A stretch of DNA of 64,000 bases from Cetorhinus maximus (lineage: Eukaryota): assembly GCF_964194155.1 (NCBI RefSeq), contig NC_135879.1, positions 173,104,001 to 173,168,000 of the forward strand, given 5' to 3'. The notes beneath the pieces were generated by a model. It was not told the origin of the DNA. It ran no database searches and was given only the letters and a program-made list of their open reading frames with translations. The position numbers were made by a program, and so were the translations under genes. This document shows, in pieces, positions 48,065 through 60,249 of this stretch. Positions within the stretch are counted from its first letter, which is position 1; each line of letters starts with the position of its first letter.

Positions 48065-51000
48065 ATTATGTTAAAAGCGGGATATAAATTTAAGTATTTG
48101 TTTTCATTTGTTTAAAGAATTGTGAGGAGTTAGTTAAAGGTAACCATATTTCTTGATTGGCATTACTTTAGAATAAATCCATAACATGTTTACATCAAAT
48201 TCTTCCCTGTGCTGTTTGGACACAAATGTTAACCATTTTATTTGAACTTTGGTACACAAGTGTATTCAGTATTTGTGCTAAAATAATGCCAGTCAGAAAA
48301 TATACCTTAATACATCCTGATCATTTGTATTGATGATAATCTCTGGTATAGCTGTGTTTGAGGCAAGTCCATGTTGATTTTAGATTTTCACAATAAGAAG
48401 CAAAATATCAACATATAAGCTTCCTGAGAAAAGTGTGTGATTTACTTTCAGTCAGAACTCAGATATTCAACTGTTTACATATTACATTTAGACACAAGTT
48501 AAGTGTTTCTTCACATTAAATCACATTTTCAGGGCCCTGTGCTTTTGTTGCAATATAATTACTATCTCAGGTTCAGATTTGAACCAATGCTTTAGGGCAT
48601 CAAAAGCTGCCTCATCTGGCAGTCCAGAACAAGTTTATACTTTGAACCAGGGCAATAAATAATTCAAAGTGTTAATTTGACAGACAACTCTGGCAGGTCT
48701 CCCCCCACCCCGCCCCCCATTACTACTATCATTAGGCTGTAACATACAGCAAGAAAGCATGAAGCCATCAAACAAATGGTCTTCACTGCTCATCTCTAAA
48801 TAGCTGTTTGCTGCACAATTAACTAATGAAGCAATATGTGCGTTTTTGTTCTGAGCACCTTACAAGCCAAAAATTGGAACGAGCAACGTAACCAAATTGA
48901 AAACAGGAATGAAAACATTTCCATCATGTAGGTCCCAGCCCTGTGGCAAGGTTATTTTGCAATCTCAGACTTTTCTCAGTTTCTGGCTCAGCTCGAACAA
49001 GACATCCCTCATGCCAGTGCTACATGTGTCAGCCTGATGAAAAGGAAAAAAAGGAATTAAGCGTATAATAGCCTGCTGCTTATGTATCTAATGTCGGGGG
49101 CCATCAGCTTTGCAAGGACATCCCTATTTTTAACTCCTGAAATCTGTCCAAGGCTGCATACAAACAAGCAGCCCACAGCAACTCAACAACTGCTTCATTA
49201 CTCTTAATTACCTTGTAAAGAAAGGAACTAGTTGTTGCCAGTGACAAAACAAAACTCCCTGTGGAGCAATGGCTACCATAAAAAGACAGTTTGCATTACT
49301 TCAGCTTGATGTTACTATTCATAAGTTCTCACTTCAGTCGAAGGTGATCAAGACCAATGAAAGCTAATGTAATAGTGCACTTAAGAAATCAGTTTACATA
49401 TGATGGATAACCTGCTTGCAATAAACAATTTGCATATTGGAAATAAAAAACATCTGCTACAGATGACTTTGAATACTTTTTGGTGAGGTCTGCAAGGACC
49501 ATCTGTGGCATAGAAGCTTTGTAACTCAGTCTTTCTCTCAAAATCCTATATCTATAGGGATAAATAATTCCCAAAGACAGCTGACTTCTAATGGGAACTA
49601 AATACTTTTAATATATGGGAACTGAATAGACACTTTTCACCCAGCCCAACTGGTGGAAACAGGATAGCTGCATTGTTAAAATTGCTGCCCTATTTACACA
49701 CTATTCACACCTGCTGCAGATTTAACTATGTCCTTTTTGTAGGTGATTGAGGTGTCTGCTTGGCTCAGGCAGAAGCCTCATTAATATATGTGAATTTGGG
49801 TCCTATGATGCAGAGAACCCTGGGGGCATTTTAAGTGTCAACTGAGCTACCAGCTACCCTGCTCTATTGAATGTGTCAAGGAAGAAACAGAGGCCCTAAA
49901 AGGTAAGTTTTAAACTCACCTTTGTGGCATCAGGAGGACCCTGTGGATCCTGTAGGAAAATCAAGACTCTACTCCCAGGCTGCATCCTTTTCCCTTTCCT
50001 AGTTAAGTGACCCTTCTAAAAATCCCTTCTGTTATCTCCCTAAGTGGCAAATGGGAGATGTTAAAACTTTCCAAACTTCATCAACCATTAACCAGCTGAA
50101 TGCATCTTACCCCATAGCAATACCTGAGTCTCAGGAGATAAAATAGCTCCAGCCTCAAATAGATGCCTTTACGTAGTTTGGCACCTGCCCAACCCCACTT
50201 ATGGGAAACTTTCCAAGTTAAAATCCTCACCCACAAATATCCTTACATAAATGTAGATAATGTTAAGTCATAGCTAATAGCCACAATCCAATGGACTATT
50301 CCTCATTTTTATTTATTAAATTTGCTCTCTGGTTTCATAGTTCATGTAAAAAAAAAAGTGGGATTAAAATACTTCTTCTTGGAGCATGGGAGAATTTGAA
50401 CAAAGCTAAAATCCATGTGATCTTAGTTTACACCTGCCGACATTTTGTTTCGAATGCCGTCAAGAATATTGTTAATGCAAAAGGACACAATAAATCGTAT
50501 CAATTCTATTTTTACTGCAGTTTAAATTTAAGTGTCACAGTACTGACAACAAAGTAAGGAGCAAAACCTCCTATTTGATTTAAGTAAGAATAAGAAGTTC
50601 AGGAATCCTCTCCCAATCCAAATTTGCTTGGAGAATTCCACAGTCCAATTTATGGACAGTAAACATCATATGTAGCCGACCAAACAGAAGTGAAGTCAAA
50701 AACACTATACACTTCACTTAGGAATTTGATCAGACCAGCATTACAACCAGCTGTATTTTAAAATTAAAGTGCAGATATTTCAATCCCTGCCAATTTTTAA
50801 AACTCAAGTATGGCAAGTTTATTCATCAAGGGCAAGGCAACCAAATGCATTACTGATATTCAGTTGTGGATCATAAGAACTGATTTTTGGCTATAATTTG
50901 AATATTAGTAATGTGCTGCGGTCAAAAATTTAAGGCCTTTTTATCGGTACCAGCCTTTTCATTGCAGAACAGAGGTAACATTCTACTCTTAAAGGTGCAG

Positions 51001-51794
51001 TCTTCAACGAAAGATCTTCCTACTCTCTCAGTTGGATAGAATGAAGGAGAGCAGGTTAGTTTGCTTGGTGTCTTGGTCAATGTTTATTGTTCAATTGATA
51101 TCATTAACAAAACAGATGAAGTGATCATGCATCACATTGCTGTTTGTGGGACCCTACTGTGTGTAATTATCAAGTATTGCAGCTACATTTCGTGAGTGCA
51201 AGTACAGTAAGTAATGAAATCAGAAAATATCAGTGGAATGTTGGAGATTAATGATTCTGATTTTTTAAAAAATCAATAACCTTTTTCAGTACATCCAAAA
51301 AGTGTTGTATGTCTACATGAGTCAGGAAATTAAACTATTCTACAGTTATATAGAATCTGTTATTCCTTCTGGTCCTCAAAAGTTCAAAATAATCACACTA
51401 TTTTACACACATACAGGAGCTGACATTGAACGTATTTCACACATCTCAACATCTTCTGTGGAGTGATGCATTGTTAGTTGGGAACACAGGCCTACACAAT
51501 AGAGAGTGAAGTAGCATCCTGGATACTTATGTATGCATGTGCATTACAATATAGTTCTTGACTCTTTTCCCATAATTTAACAATATAACAGAATTTACAG
51601 CACAGAGCTTATGCAAATTACCATCGACAGTATTAGCACATGGTCACTTAACACATCCTTACAATATTCCTCAGTCCTCTATTGTAATGAAGGTTGCCTG
51701 TTTATTTTAAATAACAAATGGGAGGTGTTAAGGGGGTACCCTGTTTCTCCCACCACCAGCCTGTGCACTTGGCGTGGGCCTCCCCTGCTACCGG

Positions 51795-52346
51795 TTAAAA
51801 AGAAGGTCTGGAGAGAGATGCAGTGGTTGCTGTCGAGGTTCATCCCGAGCAGTTCTGTGACACAGGACTCTGTGCTCTACGGGCTGTTCCCAGGGACACA
51901 TACCGAGACAAACATCAACTGCAGCTGGAGGATCATCAACTCGGTGAAAGACGCGCTTTGGTCTGCCCGAAACTTGTTGGTCTTCCAGCACAAAGAGTTG
52001 TCCCCGACCGAGTGTTGCGGACTGGGACAATCCAAAGTCCAGGACTACGTGCTGAGGGACGCACTAAAGCTTGGGGCAGCTGCCGCAAAGGCGCAATGGG
52101 GAAGGGTCGCTGTCTAAGACCTTTCTGCCACAGTGTACCGAGGGGCTGGGAACTGTTTAAATCCCCTCGGGCTGTACAGCTCAAAATGAAAGGCTGTAAA
52201 TGATTGTAATATTGTTTGTACTGATGCACCTTGTGATACATTTTGGAAAAGTTGAACCGGATTGTACCCTTGTAATGGTGTTTTTGAAATGGTTTGGAAT
52301 GTGGTTGAAGATATTTTATGAATAAAGTATATTTTTGCAAAAAAAA
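51795..52346 (+). mobile_element. Tx1/L1-clade LINE 3' end
   Basis: KKVWREMQWLLSRFIP..VLYGLFPG..WRIINSVKDALWSARNLLVF C-terminus; AATAAA at 52321 followed by an A-tail. Confidence 0.85.
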
Positions 52347-53499
52347 GGTGGCAACAGGATCAGGAATTAATTGCCCACTGGGTACCAGTCTTAAACTTGT
52401 CTCAATTGGCTCATGTGGACAGGCCACCCAACACCACCTCCCCCCACTGCTACTGGTATAATTGCAGTGGGGTCAGGAGTGGGTGGGTAGGCAGTGAGCA
52501 GGTCGCCCTGCAGATTTAACGTGCCTATCCACCTTTAAATCCACTGGCAGGGGAATGTTAAATCCAACCCATGTTGTCAAAGTTAAATGTTTAACTGCAA
52601 CTATGGCTGACCATGGCCTTACTATTGCATATTGACAGAACAAGTTCTGTTGTAGGCATTGTAGTGGAATTGTATCGTTACTTGCTAAAGTATCTTTGGT
52701 TCCACCTTTAAAGATCTGGTGGACTTCTTGTTGATTAGCTCTGAAAATGTTTTCCCTAAACTGAAAATTATTGGTAACAATAATCAAATTGCAGAAGACT
52801 TGATCACCATCTATTGTAGATCATGCCCCATTTTCATGCCGCACTCAAATGAAAATCAGGTGGGTTCTACAAGGGGTGGCCTATCTGTTCCATTAGATTA
52901 CCACCTAAATATTCCCAAATGAGGGTTAAAATAGCTCCAGTAATGTAATGAAGCTATCCCACTGTTAACAAGCAATATTTGCCTAATACACTCGGTGATA
53001 CAGATTGACGCTATTTTATAACATATGTTAGCATCCAGCTTGTGAAACTTTCTCAGGGAACGCAGGTTTTATATCCGAAATGGTAACTTGCCATTCTGCA
53101 TTTGCACACAATGTAAAACAATTGCTGAAGAAGAACAACTTGTCAAAAATCTTCAAAATACTCATAAAATCGTTCACTCAGGACTCGGCTCTTAGCAATC
53201 CTAGCCTACTTTTTACAGAATTAATTTATCTATTAGAGTGCAGAATTGAGCAATGCAACTGATTTGATTGTAGGAGAAGAAAAATTGAAATGACCCTTTG
53301 ATCGAACTTTCTCATGGAGAATGGAAAGAAAATTGTGTGTTGCTGTTTAAAAGTCTTTTAAAGGGACAGGTTTCCCAATTTTCACAGTTCATTCATTAGT
53401 TTCACCCAGGTCATGTGGGTACCAGTCTTAAACTTCTGAAAGGGACCTTTGATGATGACAACGCCAAACTTGCATTTCTATACCTATCCTTGATATTAC

Positions 53500-53720
53500 T
53501 AAACTCTGTTGAATTCAGTCAGTTTCAGCCCTACTCACAGTATTCAGTACTTGACCAAAGTCATGAATAACATCCTCTGTCACTGTATCTTCTTGGACCC
53601 CTCTGTAGTGCTTGATACGGTCGACCATACCTCCACTCACTTTTATCCATTGTCTACCTCCCGGAGATTACCCTTGTGTGGTTCCACTTTTATCTGAACC
53701 AGTCCAGCTAGTGCATCTCT
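53500..53720 (+). mobile_element. L2 LINE RT fragment
   Basis: LTKVMNNIL..FLDPSVVLDTVDH resembles the L2 RT motif LLDLSAAFDTVDH. Confidence 0.7.
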
Positions 53721-53904
53721 AGTATTTGTGATCAATCACCCTTGTCAAATTGATTTATATTGCAGTGAATGGCTTTGATATAAAATTATCATGTTGAGGT
53801 TTACTGAACCAATATCAATGCCCTGGCTACAGTTAAGAGGAAGATGGGGAGATTGTACACCTGTGAAAGCCAAATAACCTCATTTCTCTCATATTCAATT
53901 AGTT

Positions 53905-54311
53905 AGAAAGACTGCATTTATGTAGCGTTTTAATAAGACCACCGGACATCTCAAAGCATTTTACAGCCAATGAAGTACTTTGGAAGTCTAGTCACTGTTA
54001 TAATGTAGGAAACACAGCTGTCCAATTGCACCCAGCAAACTCCCACAAACAGCAAAATGATAATGACCAGGTTCTCTATTTCTTTTTGTGACATTGATTG
54101 AGGGATAAATCTAGAATGTCGAAGAGAACTCCCCAGCTCTTCTTAGAAATAGTGCCATGGGGCCTTTACATCCACCCAAGCAGACAGGAGGGGCCTTGGT
54201 TTAATGTCTCATGTGAAAGACAGCACCTCTGACAGTGCAGTGCTTCCTCAGTACTGTCGGAATAGTATTCAGTGCAGAAATGTCTGCCTTGATTTTTGTG
54301 CTCAAGTCCTG
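53905..54311 (-). mobile_element. Deu-like SINE split by the Harbinger; head resumes at 58802-58870
   Basis: GTGCTCAAGTCCTG joins GAGTGAGACTTGAATCC; family core CAAACTCCCACAAACAGC. Confidence 0.8.
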
Positions 54312-54552
54312 GGGCAGAATTTTCTGCCTGTTGGGCGGGCGGAGCAGGAGCGGACTCAATTGCTGCCAGCAATCGGGTCCGTGCCGCCATTTTACGCGGG
54401 CAGGCCAATTAAGGCCCACCCAGTGTGAATCGCGGCTCCCGAGGACAGCGGGAGTGGGCGGGCTGTGGCAGGACTGCAACAACCACTGGGTTCAATGGCG
54501 ACCCGGCGGCCTGCCTTAAAAAGCTCCTGCAGCCTTTCAAAGGCTGCGAATC

Positions 54553-56749
54553 ATGGGCAGTGGAAGGGCTCCCCAGAGCGCTGCTGGTGAGCAGGCCAGG
54601 CAGGAGGGTAGGGCAGGTGGGCACTGTGCCCCTTGTTTTTCTGACGATTGCCTTGCTGCCCTCCTCGAGGAGGTGGCAGCATGGTGGGAGGTCCTCGTAC
54701 CTGAGGGCGGGAGGAGGAGGCCCCCCCTACATGACCAAATGTGCCTTGGAGGAGGTGGCGGAGGTTGTGAGCACTCATGACATGGTGTGACGCACCTGGA
54801 TCCAGTGTCACAAGCGCTTAAACAACCTGTTGTGCTCGGGAAGAGTGAGTACCATGTTGGCATTGGTCACTTAGCCCAGCAGGTAGGCTTTCCCCCCTGG
54901 CGCCCCACCCCCCAAGTCTGAGTGTAGTGACTGCATTGAATCATTGACGGCATGTATCCTTCGCTGGGTGGGCCAGCAGATACTTCCCATGCCGAGGTCA
55001 CCCTGAGAGGGTGGTGAAGAGATGGGTTCTGCACCCGCAACATGTGGTACACTGAGACCCACATGACTGTTTTGGGGGCAACCTGGAGGAGCTGCACCTA
55101 GGTGCTGTGCTGGAACTCCAGGACATGTCAAAGTCAGGGTGATGACATGCTGGGAGGGGAGCTTCAAGGTGGCGGACACTGATTGATCTGCTGTCCTCTG
55201 CGCTCCACATGCTTGCACCTCCTTGCTATGGAAGGTTAGACCGTGTGGTGCCAAATGTGATGTAGGCAGCAAGGGGGGCAGCAGGGGAAAACAGGCCTAG
55301 CATCTTTGTGTGAGTGTTCGGCAGCAGCAGGGTGAGAAGACACTGGAGCCCTGCAATGTCCCACTCTGGTTGGGGTGGGCCGTCCGCGAAGAGCGTCCAG
55401 GTACAATTAACACTAATCAATGCTCTTCTCTCCTTTTCAGGAGAAGAATGCATATAATGCAGCCGAGCGGGTGAGGATTGGCGGAGGCCCGGCACAGTTA
55501 GCGATTCTCAGCCACTTTGAGCTGGAGGCCCTCGATCTGGAGAGGCGCCATACACCCAGGTCCACCGGTGTCGGTGAGGCTGGGGGGCCACGGGCAGGTA
55601 TGTTAGCCCAGCACTGAGGTCACCATTGTTCTCCCAACAGCCATGGCAGTGCTGAATGTCCAGTGATTGAAGTTTGCAACATGGCTTGACCATTGCTTAT
55701 GGGAGGACGAGCGCATAATGAACCGGGGAACAGGGATGCACATTGACATTGTCTCCACGTTAACTGATCCAATATCCTTGTCCTTCCTTTCAGCATCAGC
55801 GGATCAGGGCCGGGAGGAGGAGCAGCAGCAGGGGCCCACTCTCACACCTGAGGGCCCTGAAGTCTCGGACTCACCAGTGTCACACCATCTCTGCCAGGCA
55901 GGCACCAGCGCAGATACCAGCACCTCGGTAGGAATTAGAACATCAGCTAGTGTCCCGGGGCACAGCGGTCAGGACACTTCACAGTCGCTGGAAGAGCTGG
56001 CAGAGACAGAGAGTGCCCATGGCGCCAGCAGTCGGAGGACTGCAGGGGGCCAGGCAAATGCTCAGCCAGATGATGTGCCTCTGGAGTCGTCCGCGACGCA
56101 GCAAACGCAGGAAATGCGGCCAGGTGTGCGGGAGCATCTGGGGGAGACACATGAGGCTATGCTTGGCTTGGTGTCCATGCTGGAGGAGTCCACACGGACC
56201 ATCACCGATGCAATGAGCCTCATGGCTGAGCGTCATGCGTCCTCCATGGAGAGAGTGGAGAGGCTCCTCCAGGAGACCCATGAGGGCTTCCTGGGGATGC
56301 GCTCAGACCAGCAAGCCCTCACATCGGCATTGACCTCAGCTGGTCAGTGTCAGTGTGGGAGATGGTCAGGGCACCAAGTTGCCCAGCTCATTGCCCATCC
56401 ATCTACGGTGAGCAGGGAGGTCCGAAGTGACTTCACATCAGCGCAGCAGCTGCCTGTTGTCACTGCGAGCTCCTCACAGGGTGCTCCGGATGAGGGCGGC
56501 AGCTCCTCCGCCCCTCTGCCAGTGACCGTTGCATCCGATGAGGCTGCAACGACGGGGGAGATGCCAGCTGTGGAACAGGCAGCTCCTTCCCAGGCAGGGC
56601 CAGCACAGGCTCCATGGGCCAGAGGACGATCACTAAGGCCATCGAGGCCAACAGGACAGCAGAGTCAGCAGGCTGTCTCAGATGCCACTCCCAGCAAGGG
56701 GGCAGCACTAAGATGTAGTACCCGGAAACGCAAACATAAGGCACCTTAG
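54553..56749 (+). pseudogene. Harbinger Myb/SANT (NAIF1-like) gene, exons 54553-54844, 55441-55597, 55794-56749
   Basis: APCFSDDCLAALLEEV..EEVAEVVS..RTWIQCHKRLNNL; exon 2 ERVRIGGGP; GT-AG introns in compatible phases 0 and 1. Exon 1 has a C-run frameshift and TGA at 54788-54790. Confidence 0.87.
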
Positions 56750-57083
56750 GCACACCAGTTTATCACTGGTACTTTTGTGTTGGCCCGAGATGAGGTCATT
56801 ATGAGTTGGTGTGATGTTTAATACCTTTGTCATTTTGTTTTCTTAAGATCCTTTGGTTGTAATATTAAATTCAGGCATGTCACCATGTCTGAGGGTGCCT
56901 CTTTTCTTCTGTGGGTGGATAGTTACCAATAATGTTATGAGTGATTTGTGGGACATTCAGCTTTATTGACAAGGCCCTTAGTTAATGTTCCGATCCAGGC
57001 AGATTTTGCACTCAGGTATCAGGTATGGAGCCTACAACCCAGGCTTGTCCTGGAGGTCCATCTGTGGTGTGCTAGCTTTAGGT

Positions 57084-58300
57084 TCATTCGATTAAAGCCT
57101 CTCGGGTGTCCCTGCCTCCCTGGAGTATGCCCGGGTCAGCGTCTACCCCCTCTGCATTTCCCTGTGCGTGCTCACCCTCGGACTCACTGCTGGACTCATC
57201 GTGTGCAGCTGCAGCCACTGCGTTGACGTCTTCATTGTCCACTGCGTCCCCCCTTTTCAGCGCAAGATTGTGGAAAGCACAGCCTGCAACCACTATCAGT
57301 GACACACAATCTGGGAGGTACTGGAGTGCGCCCCCCCGAGCAGTCCAGACATCGGAAGCGCATTTTGAGAAGACCAATGGTTTTCTCCACCATAGCGCTT
57401 GTGGTGCCGTGGCTCCTATTGTACCGCTGCTCAGCTTCTGTTCTTGGATGGCAGAGAGGTGTCATGAGCCACCTTCTGAAAGGATAGCCCTTGTCACCCA
57501 GTAGCCATCCATCAAACCAGGCTGAAGCATTGAAGAGCTCAGCACCTGGGAGTGTCTGAGGATGTAGGCGTCGTGGGAGCTGCCAGGGTACCTTGCACAG
57601 ACTTGTAGAATCAGCATCCTGTGATCACACACTATCTGCACGTTCATGGAGTGGAAGCCCTTCCTGTTGACGAAGGCACCGGGCTCACCTGCTGGTGCCT
57701 TGATGGCCACATGTGTACAGTCTATTGCATCCTGGACATGGGGGAAGCCAGCAATGGCCGTGAAGCCTCTGGCTCACTGTGTCTGGCTTGCCTGATCCCA
57801 ACAGAAGTGGATGAAGGTCAATGCATGCCTTAACAGAGCGTCTGTAAACTGCTTGACACAAGTGTGGACAGCTGATTGGGAGACACCGCAAAGATCACCC
57901 ACCGAGCCCTGGAAGGAGCCAGAGGCATAGAAGTTGAGGGCAGCTGTGACCTTTAGAGCCACTGGCATGGGGTGTCCACCCACACAATTTGCGGAGATCT
58001 CAGGTCCAATCACCTGACAGATATAGTTGACTGTCTCCCTTGACAGTCGGAGCCTCCTCCAGCACTGCACCTCAGACATATTGAGGTAGCTGCTTTGCTG
58101 CCTGTATACCCTGGCAGCAGGATAGTGGCGTCTTCTGCGACCCCTTCCACCTTGGACTACCTCTTGGCCCCTTGTGCCTGCGCCTGTCCTCCCATAGGTG
58201 GCTCCCCTGGAGGCTGAATGTGCACTCCTGGCCTCCTCCCCCTTATATCCCTCCCTTCCTCCTCAGAGGAGGTGCCTCCAGTGGAGAGTTCAACTCCCAT
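57084..58300 (-). pseudogene. HARBI1-type DDE transposase (frameshifted)
   Basis: [74 protein letters not shown] and ACAFHN-like motifs; putative ATG at 58300. Confidence 0.95.
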
Positions 58301-60249
58301 TCCCAGGCTAAGGGAAGGCTTCCTGAAACCTGCAGGTACAAAAAAGATTCCTCACTGCAGAGTGCTGACCTGAAGGTTCTGAGTTCAGTCCAAGCAGCTG
58401 GTATGCGTTTTGAAGTATTGCAGATCACACAGGCAAGTATCAGTAATTTAAGAAATCAATATTTGACAGAGCACACTCGCGACCCCACTGAGCCCTCTTC
58501 TCCCGCCCGTGGATGAGGTTTATACAAATGTGTCCTGCCCGTTGTGCCCGTGCGCCAACCCAAAGAACGCACGGACGCTGATAAGTCACCATCAATTGGC
58601 GCCTCAAGGGCCTTCAGTGGCCCATTAATTAATAGCGGGTGCGCATTGCACTCCAGGCTGTTGCTGCCATCAGGACTTTGCTGCTGTGTGGACACGTTTG
58701 TCAAAATCCATCTGGTTTAAATATTGCAATGAAGTCGTGATGGCGCGCAGTGACTTCGGGACGCTTGCCCGCCCCCGCACGCCAACGGGAAAATTTTGCC
58801 CTTGGAGTGAGACTTGAATCCAGAACCTTATGATTCAGAACCTTGAGATTCAGAAGCAAGAGTGCTACCAAATGATTGATGGATGGAAAAAAGTGGAAAT
58901 TTAATAAATAAAATGGGAAGCAAAAGGGAATCCCTAGATCATCTACCTTGTATTTTTTTGCATTAACTAATACAGTCAGTACTCAATTTTTTTGTTTGGG
59001 TATTTTTTTATGTCAGAAATTTTATTTGGAGGGCATACATTTACAAAAATTCAGTGCCAACAGTATGTTTAAAAACACAAGGATTTTATAAGGTATTTTT
59101 TGTTTTGCTCAGTGTAAGAAGAATCAACTTCTTTAATGACATTTTGTCGATGATTTCATTATTTCATTGAGGAGGGTGGTCAGATACAATCTAATGGTCC
59201 TAAAAAATGTTTAAGAAGATTTTACGGTGATAAGGGTTTTAACATCAACATTAGAGCCCAAAAGACAGCTTCCAAATGCCATTTATTTTTGCATGACTGG
59301 ATAGCCTTGAGTTGTCTGCTTTCCTGTGTCAGAGACTAGTGCTCTAAGTGCTGCAGAGTCACAACAGCTTTTTGGAGACCTGAGGCTTTAATCTGCACCA
59401 GTAAGACTTCTGCATGACTCCAACAAAGACCCCAGAGGGGAAGCTAAAGATTAGTTCAATGTTGTTATTTGAATCAACATAAGGTCTGCACCTGCCTGCA
59501 ATTGGATGTGCAGGGTTTAGGAAGAGGAGGAACTTAGAGAAAAAAAATTACACATACACCATTTTACTTACCCACATCACTGCGCTTGGGGACATACTCC
59601 ATGAGATTAATTTATAAAAACAAAATAAATTGAATTTCCAGCACTTTAGCTGGCTATTTTTTAAGGATTTAAGAGTATACAATATAGCATTAACTCTGGT
59701 TCTATTTCATTCTAGAAAGTAAGATGGGAAAGTGTTAGACGAACTGAATGTGATAATAGGGTGAGAGGAGAGGGAGATGGAAGGGAGTGCCTTCCACCTT
59801 GCACGAATATTTACATAATTATACAGTAGTGCCTTCAGTTATAAGAACAAAGCAACTCTCCATTAAACCTTTTTCGAAAATTTCTGTGATCACGAGATTT
59901 GCTTCTTAATGCACTGAAAATATGTTCAAAATCTTACTATAATTTAAATAGTTTACTTACATTTTTTTTAAAATTCCGCTCTTTAAATTTTCGAATCCAA
60001 CATTTTTCCATCAAGCTGAACCTGCAGCATTATTGGTTTCTTGACATGGCTTTCCAAGGGTCACATTGCATCTGCTGGAAACTTGAAAATGATGGGTAAC
60101 CTAGCACATTAACAAAGGGATGAACAAGCTGGAAACCCTAACAGATAAGATCTAAAACCAGAAGCAGGAATAGGACATGAGAAATTAATAAAATATTATA
60201 AAGCAAATCATTAATGTTATTTGCTGTAAACATAATTACTGAAAACGAT

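Larger units (their letters stand above)
54312..58801 (+). mobile_element. Near-complete autonomous-type PIF/Harbinger transposon
   Basis: TIRs GGGCAGAATTTT / AAAATTTTGCCC; 3-bp TSD CTG/TTG; convergent Myb-like and DDE transposase genes. Confidence 0.96.

Noticed and set aside
55667-56749. 360-aa ORF as a standalone host gene
   Set aside because: It lies within Harbinger TIRs. Its first ~42 codons are intron read-through before the acceptor at 55793.
57084-58300. Domesticated HARBI1 gene
   Set aside because: Frameshifted, flanked by TIRs and TSD, with several decayed paralogs in the window.
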